Assembly (NCBI GenBank): GCA_040285825.1
Contig: JAUPSS010000008.1
Span: 1,286,996-1,350,995, forward strand
DNA: 64,000 nucleotides
Origin: Eukaryota sp. TZLM1-RC
Taxonomy: Eukaryota > Protista > Metamonada: BaSk clade
Direction: 5' to 3'
Shown here: positions 35,700 to 47,188 of the stretch, piece by piece
How the letters are laid out: each line of letters begins with the position of its first letter
How positions within the stretch are numbered: the first letter of the stretch is position 1
Made by a program: the position numbers and the translations under genes
Notes under the pieces: generated by a model
Database searches by the model: none
The model's input: the letters and a program-made list of their open reading frames with translations, nothing else
Told to the model about the DNA's origin: nothing

Positions 35700-37222
35700 T
35701 CAGTCAACAGGCAAAACATCAGTAAATTGGCCATAAAGGTTAATTTTCTTCTCAATTATCATCTTATAAGCTAGATTGTTCAAACTATATCCATATTGAA
35801 TTTTAATGAAAGTTTTGGCAAAACAAAAGTATCCAACATATAAAATCCATTTTCTTTAACGACAACATCTTTCCATCTAGGTGAAAGCTAATAAAGTACA
35901 TTCATCGTTGGATCAACTGTAACTGTTGGAAATTGTACATTAACATAATTGGATCTATTTTTTCAAGAAACCTGTAAATCTAACTGGATTAACTTGTTAT
36001 TGAGAAAACAATGTGGATCATAATTACCAATAAGTTCAGAAAATCTATGAAAATAGGTCTTTTTGTGAATGGACATTTCTGTATGGATATCGAAATCAAT
36101 GTTAGATAATCTGCTAATTTGAAGACTCATTCTCAACATAAATAAATATTTACTTTCCAAGAAAATTAGGATAATGAAACCTTCCAACAACATCTTGTAT
36201 TGAAAGCAATTTTGAATTGAAATCCATTCATCCATTTCTTCATCAGCGTTTTTGAAAAGAATTGCACCTTCTTTCCTGACGTTATCAATAGTCTTATCAG
36301 GTTTGACAAAATGGTTCTCATTTTTTTGTAAAGTTGACCAAGTTGATTTGTTTCAAGATCAAAGCACATCACAACAAGGAGCCTTTTGATTGGCAGTCTT
36401 TAATTTGAACTGGACTAAAGGCTCAGGCTTGGAACCACTATGACTTGGCCCATTCTTTTTTACCATACTTGGTTTCAACTGTTTCTTTATCAAAATTTTC
36501 CTGCTGTCCTCATTCAACAATGTATTTTTAAAACAAATTTTGCAGTTTAGTGCTTTTTGATGATTTTTCCGCTGTTGCTTTGGTAACTGTTGGTCGGAAG
36601 TCTCTTATCTAAACATTTCTGATGGATGACTTGCTTAACTGTCAGATTTTCTCTGGTTGGGACTACAAGATACACTTTGAAAATCATGATTCCTTATTGT
36701 TTCACTAAACTCATTGGGGCGTATTGTAATAATTGCTTCATAGATTTGTTTTTTCAATTCTGTAGTATTTAGCCCAACAGTGATTTCGGGTCCTGACATT
36801 ATCAGAGACAAATATGCCTACATTTGAATTGATTAACGAAAATTCTGAAAATAGTGCAGAACATATAATCCTTAGTCGTGAGCAGTTTGTCGGTCTCCTA
36901 CCCCGATTGCAACGGTTCCAATATCATGCACTATCAAAATACTGTCCAAATTTTGAAAAATTTTAGACAAAAGAGACTCTGTGATGATTTCGTCAGAAGA
37001 TAACGAGTAATCCAATTGAGGGTTTAAATATATACATTCTTTGTTCACAACATCAATAATTGCTAAGGCTCCATGTCATCCATTCTTGTATTGTTGACCT
37101 AGGGCATCATTCAAAGGTTTGATGATAAATCCATTCTCTGAAATTTTTTCAATCAAATGCTCATAAGAGTTGAAGATGATCATTGATTCCGTAGCTTCAA
37201 AGCTAATGTAAATGATATTCAA
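35700..37222 (-). pseudogene. F1 element copy 2: Ulp1-like protease plus DEDD exonuclease part, truncated on both sides
   Basis: Near-identical reverse complement of 42842-44360. Confidence 0.8.
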
Positions 37223-37443
37223 CAAAACGCCTCCCATTAATGTATTAAATCAATCTCAACACTTCCTGGGCTGATACTTTGCGGTGTGTTCCACAATGAT
37301 AATTTTCCATTTGAACATCATTTATGCGGAGTAGATATCTATGAAAATAATTTGAATTGATGATTTTTGTTGACACTGTTTATTGACACTGTTTCCTATT
37401 CTCTACAATCTTTACAGTTACTAAACTGTTACATGACGTATTC

Positions 37444-40400
37444 ATGAACGTTGCTCCTACAGAGCTTCCTTTTGACATCTCTGGTCCCTACATTCACTCA
37501 AGTAAGTCTCGTCATCACTGGTTTTCGTCTTCTTCAACCCTTATCTACTATAACGAATGTCATTCCACCTTATTATCCATCCCTATCAAGGGCCTTCCTA
37601 CCCAACTCTCCATTAATCCTTTTCATGAAACGCCCACTGTTGCCGCTCTCATAGACCAACATCTCTACATCTTCACCACTCTTCACCACTTTCAAGGTAT
37701 CTCAAGTGTTCTCATTCATTATTCTGAACCGATAATTCACTTTCACTGGGTCTCAAATGGAATAGTTTTGTTTACTAATAGAGCTGTTTCCTTTTGGCAA
37801 TTTTGTGTCAGTAGTTGGACTATGGTTGACAGTCTCCTTCTGACTGCTCCCGACGTTCTTGGGGGTATTTGCTTTGATTTTATTGTTGTTCCTGAATGGC
37901 AGACGAGACCTGGACAGTGTGCTGGATTTATTATGTTTTTCGGGGTAACCTCGAGTGAAGTGACTGATCAGGAAGTGAATAATTGTACAAAATTGGCATT
38001 ATTCTTTTTGTCTTTGAATAATTTGTCTCTCAAGTTCATTTCTTTTTTAGAACTATTTAACTTTGTTGATTTCAATTCCGATTACTCCAATATCGTCAAG
38101 ATTTGTAAGCCTGTTGTGAGTAACAGTGAGGTTTACTTAATCAAAGATCCAGACTCTCAATCAAATTTGATTGTTCTTGATTACTGTTTAGATTACAGTT
38201 TCGCCAGTTTAAAATGTAGCTGTCTTTTAAATTCCAATCAAAAATCAGATTTAAGTGTATTACTTTTCAACAGTTTTGATGCATCAAATGTTTTATTTTC
38301 TAATGTTGTTTTTGATTTTGAATTTAATTTTCTCTGTAGCATTGTTAGGCTTGATGAAAGTATTTCTGCATTAGTTATTGATACTTTTCTGTATCATTTT
38401 GATCATAATTCTTTGCTATTTGCTAGGTTTGGTTTCTCTGATGGTTTATTTATAGTTTTATTAGGTTTTAATTGGGGTTTTGTCAGATTTTTAATTAATA
38501 ATCATGCAGAAATTCAAGAAATTTCTTCTATCAAATGTACTGTCCTTGACGTAAGTTTGAGCTCTATTCTTGTGAAAATGGGATCGTGTCTCGAAATTTT
38601 GGATATTTTTGATTTGTCTTCGCTTAACTCAATGCATCCTTGTTGCCTAAATTCTCAAGATGTTTTGTTTTCGAAATCATTATCTGGCTTTTTGAAACTC
38701 AAAAATGTTGTTCATTTTGCGTTTAGTTGTCAGCATTTCTTTAATATTGTAGTTAATAATTCTTTATCGAAGATTCACTCAAATTTGATTGATGAACCAC
38801 CACCAAACAACACTAATTTTAGTTTAGTACCTTTGATAGATTCAAGTAAACTTGAATTGAAGGAATTTTCCTTGAATGAGGATTGTAACTTTGTTTTAGA
38901 TTTAAATGTCTTCAGCTTTCTTTTCACCAACGCTTTGTTTCATTATGAGGGAAAAGAACTTTCTCATTATAGACTCTTAGATTACGAAACATCAATCAAT
39001 CAATTAATCCAATCAATTTTTGATTGGCCACGTTCGTTTACTTCATCAAAAAGATTTCCTAGCATTGATTCCATTTTTCCTTCTTTAGATTTACACGGAA
39101 AGGTTTTTTATTTCCTTTGTTTGGTTCCAGAATTGAAAAATTCTTTTGTGTATTTTGCAATGGCCTCAGACTCCAATCTTACTCACTTCATTGATGTTCT
39201 ATCAGCTCAACGTCAAAGGTCAACAAAGGTCAACCAAAGCCAACAATCATATCACGTTGACTTACAGGTATTTATTGATTTGAAGTGCTATTTTTGGACG
39301 GATTTCGATTATTTGTCCACATTTTTTCTGCAATTGTTTCGAAAACACTTTCAAAATAATTCTGATATATCCGATATTTCGCTATTTCTACTTCTGTCAA
39401 ATGGTTCTATTAGTCAGACATGTCAAATTTTATCTGGACTGTGTCAGCAAAAAGGTGATTTCAAAAGAAAACAATTCTTTAGTCTTGATTTTTCTTCAGA
39501 AAAGGGTCAAAAATCAGCCATTATGAGCGCGTATAATGCTGTAGCACGGCACCATTATGAATTTGGAACTTTTTTGTTCATCTTGGGAGGCCAAATAGAC
39601 CAAGGAATCAGTGTTATGTTGGGTAAGGCCAATAACATTGCGCTTGCCGTTAGTTGTGCGAGAGTTTTTGACCGCCTTGATCTAGTTTCCTCTATTTTTG
39701 ATCCTATAATGATGTCATTGATCCAATCAGATCACGTTGCAGCATTCACAACAGCGCTTTCTCTCATAAACGAACCCCTCTCTCCCAATACTTTAGATAC
39801 ATCAGATAAGTTACTTCTTTGTTCATTTATTGCAATGTATTTCTTTAACAGGACTTTTGGTGCAAGATTAAAAGAATCAATGTGGAATGTTTTGTGTAAT
39901 TTGGTTCATTTTTCCAGTGAATTGTCTAATGATATGTCAGTGTTTTTCAAATTTTTAATGTTTTACTTGGATCCTGTTTTGTTTCAGTCTTCTGGCAATG
40001 ATGTTAACAAATTTTCTCAGTTTAATTCTGTAGTAGACTTTAGTTCAGATATCTTTTCCTGTTTTGTCCCTCCAGAACCTAGGGAAGAAGTTTCAGATAA
40101 TCAACAATCAAATCATTCATTAAAGGTTGATGTAATTGGGTTAGTTTTGGTTCATAACGCTGGAATTCTCATTAATTCTGGCTCTGTTTTTGATCTTTTA
40201 TCTACACAGTATTGGCCAAAAAGACTACTGTCCTTGGTTGATCTAGAATTTAAAAATACTACGGTAGTTCAAGAAACAGAATCTGTATCAAACTCTATTT
40301 TTGATTTAGTTTCTCTTTTTAAACAGTTTGACTTGAGTATTGTTGACAATGCCCAAAATTTGCTTGAAAACTGTAATTTGAAAGAAATGGATTTTCCCTA

Positions 40401-41397
40401 TTCGATTATTTTAACAACAATCAAGAACAGAATTTTCCTTTATAATGCACTACTTTCTGACCAATTTCCTTTCACCCCCGCCTTCGTCATTGAGGATTGT
40501 CCTTTGCTGTTTGGACAAGTGGGATCTATCTTTGGATCACCTTTTTTAATTGATTTGGTTGGTGGATGTTTTTCAATTTTTCAGTGTTTATTCTTAGTTA
40601 ATGATACTGGAATTACGGATTTATTAGATCAAAAACTTTCAACTGAAGGCTTTATTATCAATTTGTTTTTCCACCCATCAGCTCCCATTTTATTAGTATT
40701 TTATTTAGAAAAGGTTGAATTATATGCACTAAAAGTTGTCGATTTCGTTGTTAATTTAACAAAGATGGATCAAGCTAATTTTCATTCTAATTTATTAACA
40801 TTTAGCCTTTCTCCCTCTGGAAATTGTTTTTCATTATTTTTAAAAAATTCTCTTTTAGTTGTTTACTTTAGTTTGGATCTTAAAGGGAACATTATAGGTT
40901 TTTCCCACAACCTTGAATTGGACCATCAGTCAAGAATGATTGATTGTTGTTTTAATTCAGAAACTGTAATTGTTGCAATGTCTGATCAAAAAGTTGTTAC
41001 ATTTCAAATTCAATTTTGTTCCATTGTTTTAGTAAACTCTGTCTCTATCTCCTTCACCCTCAACCCACTTGAAGCCAGATCATTTCGTTATCTAGATGCA
41101 GAAAACATTATATTTTCTTCAGAATCTTCTTTGTCCAGCTTTTCCTGTATTAATAATGCCATCATTGGAGAGATGATGTTTGAAACACCCCCCTTATCAA
41201 TTTTTACTTTTGGTGTGTATCTTCTTGTTTGTTATCCAAATCACATGCAAATAATACAGTTGCCGTCACTTAAACTACTTTCTAAATATTCTTTCAGTTA
41301 TTCTATTGTTTCGTATCATCTGTTTGGCAAGTTTTTGGCTATCTTCACCAATGAACAAGGTTATCTATTTGACATTTCATTTCTTTTTTCGGTTTAG
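37444..41397 (+). CDS. Rav1/DMXL (RAVE complex, V-ATPase regulator)-like WD40 protein
   Basis: KQFFSLDFSSEKGQKSAIMSAYNAVARHHYEFGTFLFILGG...IALAVSCAR resembles the Rav1p_C core; beta-rich N- and C-terminal regions. Confidence 0.7.
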   Translation: MNVAPTELPFDISGPYIHSSKSRHHWFSSSSTLIYYNECHSTLLSIPIKGLPTQLSINPFHETPTVAALIDQHLYIFTTLHHFQGISSVLIHYSEPIIHFHWVSNGIVLFTNRAVSFWQFCVSSWTMVDSLLLTAPDVLGGICFDFIVVPEWQTRPGQCAGFIMFFGVTSSEVTDQEVNNCTKLALFFLSLNNLSLKFISFLELFNFVDFNSDYSNIVKICKPVVSNSEVYLIKDPDSQSNLIVLDYCLDYSFASLKCSCLLNSNQKSDLSVLLFNSFDASNVLFSNVVFDFEFNFLCSIVRLDESISALVIDTFLYHFDHNSLLFARFGFSDGLFIVLLGFNWGFVRFLINNHAEIQEISSIKCTVLDVSLSSILVKMGSCLEILDIFDLSSLNSMHPCCLNSQDVLFSKSLSGFLKLKNVVHFAFSCQHFFNIVVNNSLSKIHSNLIDEPPPNNTNFSLVPLIDSSKLELKEFSLNEDCNFVLDLNVFSFLFTNALFHYEGKELSHYRLLDYETSINQLIQSIFDWPRSFTSSKRFPSIDSIFPSLDLHGKVFYFLCLVPELKNSFVYFAMASDSNLTHFIDVLSAQRQRSTKVNQSQQSYHVDLQVFIDLKCYFWTDFDYLSTFFLQLFRKHFQNNSDISDISLFLLLSNGSISQTCQILSGLCQQKGDFKRKQFFSLDFSSEKGQKSAIMSAYNAVARHHYEFGTFLFILGGQIDQGISVMLGKANNIALAVSCARVFDRLDLVSSIFDPIMMSLIQSDHVAAFTTALSLINEPLSPNTLDTSDKLLLCSFIAMYFFNRTFGARLKESMWNVLCNLVHFSSELSNDMSVFFKFLMFYLDPVLFQSSGNDVNKFSQFNSVVDFSSDIFSCFVPPEPREEVSDNQQSNHSLKVDVIGLVLVHNAGILINSGSVFDLLSTQYWPKRLLSLVDLEFKNTTVVQETESVSNSIFDLVSLFKQFDLSIVDNAQNLLENCNLKEMDFPYSIILTTIKNRIFLYNALLSDQFPFTPAFVIEDCPLLFGQVGSIFGSPFLIDLVGGCFSIFQCLFLVNDTGITDLLDQKLSTEGFIINLFFHPSAPILLVFYLEKVELYALKVVDFVVNLTKMDQANFHSNLLTFSLSPSGNCFSLFLKNSLLVVYFSLDLKGNIIGFSHNLELDHQSRMIDCCFNSETVIVAMSDQKVVTFQIQFCSIVLVNSVSISFTLNPLEARSFRYLDAENIIFSSESSLSSFSCINNAIIGEMMFETPPLSIFTFGVYLLVCYPNHMQIIQLPSLKLLSKYSFSYSIVSYHLFGKFLAIFTNEQGYLFDISFLFSV

Positions 41398-42082
41398 GTT
41401 TTAAGTTTTTATTTTCCACAACTGTACAGACACTTTTGTCTCGAAGAAAATAGCCACCATGACATCAATTTTGGTTCTAATGTTAAATACAATGTCATTA
41501 ATATAAAGATCATCAAAACCATTTTGGTACCATTAAAGGTCTAGCAAATTTCTCAACAATATCGTGATTAATTTTCAACTTCATTGTTTAAATTGCTTTG
41601 GCAGAGAACAACCAATCTGGTGTTGAAACTATCATCAGCATCAGTTTTTGGGATCAAATGGGTAAGATCTCTACATAGTGAAGCATAAAAACTCCTAAAC
41701 TTGGGCTCCACAAAGCAGTTGCATAATCATCCAAAAATGTTGAGAATTGCTGCTGATTGAAAGACTTTGTGTTTTTCAACTGTTTACTAAAAATCTGCCT
41801 AAATTCAGCACTTATTTTGTTCTGATTCAAATAAGAAACCTTGTTTAAGAGACCCTGTAATATTTAGTGACTTTTAATAATAAATCTTTTTCTCACTCGC
41901 TTTTCTGCTCATTGATATTATAACGATATAGTATTAGCGTTAAGGTAACATCACTTCAGACATGGGTTGTGTCTATTGTTTTCATTGTATTGATATGGGT
42001 TCTTAGATATGTACACTGTTTATAAGTTCTCATTGGAATCTAGTAGCTTCAAAAATCTCCTATCAACAAACCAATTTTCTGT

Positions 42083-42680
42083 GAGAAACCAATTATATGC
42101 CATGTGCAAAAGTTTCAATATAGAGGCATTTATTGAGCCACTAGTACGTAAGCTGTCTTCAGATCAAACTGATGATTCCTTTGGTAAAAGAAGGGCAGAT
42201 TTAGTAGCTCCAGGGATCGATGGTGTTCTCAATGTTGTAGATGTTGTCTCAGTTGATGTTTGCAAAAATTCTGCTGCTCGTTTAGTGTATTCCGCTGATT
42301 CGCCGTTATCTAACGCCGAAAAAAAGAAGATAAATAAATATGAAGAACCTTTGGCACAGTTAGGTAGAGTGGAACATGTGAAATATCAGTTTGTGCCGTT
42401 TGCAATTTCTCTTTTTGGCAATATTGGACCTTCAGGGTTGCACTTTTTTGAAATTTTAAAAAAAGTGATTCTGGTAAAACAATGAACTCCACTTTCTGGT
42501 AAACAGAATTGTTTTTTGCATTTTCAAGTCTATTCCAACAATGATTTCAAAGGCACTTTTAGCTATTGGTGTAGAATATGAACGTAATGCTGTGAGTAGG
42601 TTCAGTAATAGTGACGCTTGTTTGGAGGATATTGAATTCTAGATGGGTTTTTTATCTCAATAAATATTCCAGTTAAAAAA
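42083..42680 (+). mobile_element. 5'-truncated RLE non-LTR insertion, family R1, with 10-bp TSD AATTTTCTGT
   Basis: RLE motif RRAD...VVDV...AEKKKINKY; AATAAA plus A-tail; TSD at 42073-42082 and 42681-42690. Confidence 0.9.
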
Positions 42681-44978
42681 AATTTTCTGTTGATTTAACA
42701 ATGGATGGAGACGTTGAGTCTAACCCTGTTCATGTCGATATCTATTCTGCTTATTTAGACAGTCTAAAACCAGGAATACGGATTACTGATGCTATGATGT
42801 ATTTCTGGGCTGAATGACATGCTTATAATAACTTGGATACCAATATCATTTACATTAGCTTTGCAGGTACGGAATCAATGATCATCTTCAACTTTTATGA
42901 GCATTTGATTGAAAAAATTTCAGAGAATGGATTTATCATCAAACCTTTGAATGATGCCCTAAGTCAACAATACGGGAATGGATCACATGGAGCTTTAGCC
43001 ATTATTGATGTTGTGAACAAAGAATGTATATATTTAAACCCTCAATTGGGTTACTCGTTATCTTCTGACGAAATCATCACAGAGTCTCTTTTGTCTAAAA
43101 TTTTTCAAAATTTGGACAGTATTTTGATAGTGCATGATATTGGAACCGTTGCAATCGGGGTAGGAGACCGACAAACTCCTCACGACTAAGGATTATATGT
43201 TCTGCACTATTTTCAGAATTTTCATTTATCAATTCAAATGAAGGCATATTAGTCTCTTAATGTCAGGATTCAAAATCACTGTTGGGATAAATAATACAGA
43301 ATTGAAAAAACAAATCTATGAAGCAATTATTACAATACGCCCCAATGAGTTTAGTGAAACAATAAGGAATCATGGTTTTCAAAGTGTATCTTGTAGTCCC
43401 AACCAGAGAAAATCTCATAGTTAAGCAACTCATCCATCAGCAGTGTTTAGATAAGAGACTTCCGACCAACAGTTACCAAAGCAACAGCGGAAAAATCATC
43501 AAAAAGCACTAAACTGCAAAATTTGTTTTAAAAATATAATGTTGAATGATGACAGCAGGAAAATTTTGATAAAGAAACAGTTGAAACCAAGTATGGTAAA
43601 AAAATGGGCCAAGTCATAGTGGTTCCAAGCCTGAGTCTTTAGTCCAGTTCAAATTAAAGACTGCCAATCACAAAGCTCCTTGTTGTGATGTGCTTTGATG
43701 TTGAAACAAATCAACTTGGTCAACTTTACAAAAATATTGAGAACCATTTTGTCAAACCTGATAAGACTATTGATAACGTCAGAAAAGAAGGTGCAATTCT
43801 TTTCAAAAAAACGCTGATGAAGAAATGGATGAATGGATTTCAGTTCAAAATTGCTTTTAATACCAGGTGTTGTTGGAAGGTTTGACTGTCCTAATTTTCT
43901 CGGAAAGTAAATATTCATTTATGTTGAGAATGAGTCTTCAAATTAGCAGATTATCTAACATTGATTTTGATATCCATACAGAAATGTCCATTCACGAAAA
44001 GACCTATTTTCATAGATTTTCTAAACTTATTGGTAATTATGATCCACATTGTTTTCTCAATAACAATTTAATCCAGTTTGATTTACAGGTTTCTTGAAAA
44101 AATAGATCCAATTATGTTAATGTACAATTTCCAACAGTTACAGTTGATCCAACGATGAATGTACTTTATCAGCTTTCACCTAGATGGAAGGATGTTGTCG
44201 TTAAAGAAAATGGATTTAATCTGTTAGATACTTTTGTTTTGCCAAAAGTTTCATTAAAATTCAATATGTGTATGGTTTGAACAATCTTGCTTATAAGACG
44301 ATAAATGAGAAGAAAATTAACCTTCATGGCCAATTTACTGATGTTTTGCCTGTGGACTGTCTGGTCACTGCTTCACTTCGACAAAATTTAATTCAATTAA
44401 GGCTTCATGACTGAATCATTTCAAACTTTTTCTTTTAATTCAAAAAGCTAAGATTATTTTGCCATCTAATTCAAACTATTCGTGCAACTGTAAACTCAAT
44501 GATGAAGCATTTCAATGTTGTATTGAAACTGAAAAAAACGGCTTTGAAGTCCCAACAATTACAAATACACACTACCCGTTGCTTAAAACTAAAATCTCCT
44601 ATAGTCTTTTAACACCATTTACTTGTCAAATTGAGAATTTAGTCACGACTGAAAATCTGCTTGATGATAAATTTTCAATGTATGTACACTTTCTTGCATA
44701 TGCAGCTGAAAGGATCCTCAGATATTCATAAAACAAACAATTACGATTGCGCATTATGTTGCCAGTAGAGAGAGGAAACCTTATCACGTTACCCTTGTAT
44801 CAACCAATGTAGGCCCATAATATGACCAATTGACACAACAACAATGTGGAAAATTATTAAACGAACAATGATGGACGATCTGTTGCCTAAACAGAGTTTA
44901 AAAATGGTTATTACACAAGATCAAGTTTATAGATTCAAACCACGTGCACAACTGGACTTTTGGTCCAATATTATCGAT

Positions 44979-45810
44979 CTTGAAGACAGTTGCTCAAGTT
45001 GCCTAATCTCCGAAATTCCCAACATTTATGGCCTTCTACTGAATGATCACCAATGAACCACTGCAATGAGAATGAGATGTTTTCTATGGCCTTGTTTTTT
45101 ACCAAATGATTTAATTTGTCGCTGCAAGAGTGTTGTTGGGCTTTCCCATATTTTAAACTGTAAGTATTTTATAACTTATCGCTCAATTGTTCATGACTCA
45201 GTTCGTGATCAATTATATGCCATGTGCAAAAGTTTCAATATAGAGGCATTTATTGAGCCATTAGTACGTAAGCTGTCTTCAGATTAAACTGATGATTCCT
45301 TTGGTGAAAAAAGGGCAGATTTATTAGCTCCAAGGATCGATGGTGTTCTCAATGTTGTAGATGTTGTCTCAGTTGATGTTTGCAAAAATTCTGCTGCTCG
45401 TTTAGTGTATTCCGCTAATTCGCCGTTAGCTAACGCCGAAAAAAAGAAGATAAAAAAATATGAAGAACCTTTGGCACAGTTAGGTAGAATGGAAGATGTG
45501 AAATATCAGTTTGTGCCTTTTGCAATTTCTCTTCTTGGCAATATTGGACCTTCAGGGTTGCACTTTTTTGAAAAGTTCAAAAAAGTGTTACTGAATAGGT
45601 CTGGTAAAATAATGAATTCCACTTTCTGGTTAAATAGAATTGTTTTTTGCATTTTCAAGTCTATTCCAACAATGATTTCAAAGGCACTTTTAGCAATTGG
45701 TGTAGAATATGAACGTAATGCTGTGAGTAGGTTTAGTAATAGTGACGCTTGTTTGGAGGATATTGAATTCTAGATGGGTTTTTTATCTCAATAAATATTC
45801 CAGTTAAAAA
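44979..45810 (+). mobile_element. 5'-truncated RLE non-LTR insertion, family R1, with 12-bp TSD AATATTATCGAT
   Basis: CRC...HILNC, HDSVRD, RAD...AEKKK; TSD at 44967-44978 and 45811-45822. Confidence 0.9.
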
Positions 45811-45824
45811 AATATTATCGATTT

Positions 45825-45963
45825 TATTTATTGAATTTGCACACTTAATTAAATTAACTCATAACTAATGGGACGACTATCGTTGAACCAAGATTTCCTC
45901 TACAAAATCTTGATCTGCTTGCTGTCTAGCTAAAGCTTCTCTTATTCGATTGAAAAATCGAGG
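45825..45963 (-). mobile_element. 139-bp 3'-end insertion of non-LTR family R2, with 12-bp TSD TATTATCGATTT
   Basis: Reverse complement of 15403-15541; TSD at 45813-45824 and 45964-45975. Confidence 0.88.
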
Positions 45964-47068
45964 TATTATCGATTTAAACCAAATCAAATCAATTTGTTCA
46001 AACAACAGATTTATAAATTCAACAACATTATGCATACAGAAGGATTTAATATTACAGTGGAATTTGTTTATCGGATTTTGGAAGGTCCGAATTGTAAGCC
46101 AGACAACAAGGCTAGTATTTGTGATTAATATATTGATGATGATGATGTTGATACTTTTCAAGACAAACGAATTGTTGTTTGTGATCCTGGAAAACTTGAC
46201 TTATTGTATTTTGGCAGTAAAAAACCGATCAAGAACTAGCCTGGTTCTTGAACATGAAACTGAACAGTAAAGAAGTAGTCAGGTGGTGAATCAAGACAAG
46301 AAATTCAAATGGTTGAGAATGACTCAGATGTCCTGGTCTTTGAAAAGTAGGATAAATGAAAAACAAAAACGATGGGCGACAAAGTATAGTGAGGTAGATT
46401 ACGACGGGAACCAAATGATGGAGTCTCACGAAATGACAATCGGAAATGAAAACACCGGATTATCCACGTTTACTGCCAATTCAGCAACTTTTATAGATTT
46501 TTCCAACTTTGTGGTTGCCAAACTTCGGCAAGTTTTATTTTGACATTTTACTTTTACAGTCTTGACATGTGGAGCAATCATAAAATGCAAGTTTTTATTC
46601 ACAAACAAAACACTGAAAGTTGGTTGTTAAAAAGCCTTGTTCAGCAGTTTGGCAACACAAAAGACACTTTAATACTAATGGGTGATTATGGTAAAGAAGG
46701 TTCCAGGAAATTGAAACATCAGAAACCTACTCGTGGCATTGGATGGATTCAATTTCTGAAAAGAAATGGATTTGAAGTATTGATGATTAATGAGGCTTTC
46801 ACTGCAACAAAATGTCCTGTTTGTTTTGAAAAAATTGCTGCGTTTTTAAGTGTATCCAATACCAGATTCTATAAGGGAGAGAATTTCCAATTACTACTTG
46901 TCACGTTTTATTAGCTTGTAATAGTGAGAGTTGCAAACTCAGTAACAAAGTTTCAACAAAGTCTTTCATTACAAATAAGGTGGCTTGTCTGGCTTGTTGA
47001 ATATGTTTGCATTTGCTGAAACAAGAATAATTGGTAAAGAAAGGCCTAATTATTTGAGCATTAGATAG

Positions 47069-47181
47069 TTTTTGTAATACCTACACACGAAAATTGATCT
47101 TGTACTTATGGGGATTTTTTCCACAACAGTTATAACCCAGTAAATGTATTTCATAAAATACTAAAAGGGACCTTTTTTAAA
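47069..47181 (+). ncRNA. Candidate omegaRNA of the F1 Fanzor element
   Basis: Directly after the Fanzor stop; short hairpins GTATTT-cata-AAATAC and AAAAG-ggac-CTTTT. Confidence 0.4.
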
Positions 47182-47188
47182 TAATATT

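Larger units (their letters stand above)
41962..47068 (+). mobile_element. F1 element copy 3: leader - 2A - Ulp1-like protease - DEDD exonuclease - Fanzor1, pseudogenised and interrupted by three non-LTR insertions
   Basis: Leader homologous to copy 1; DLTMDGDVESNPVH (42689-42733); Ulp1 motifs 42734-43330; CFDVET near 43690; Fanzor TIRATVNSM, HTEG, CDPGK, MGDYG, NEAFTATKCPVC, KVACL, ERPNYLSIR*. Confidence 0.8.

Noticed and set aside
7997-46270. TAA/TAG reassigned to Gln (stops at Gln positions at 7997, 45285 and 46268)
   Set aside because: Host genes end in TAA/TAG, long host ORFs have no internal TAR codons, and the cases are single C-to-T changes in dead elements.
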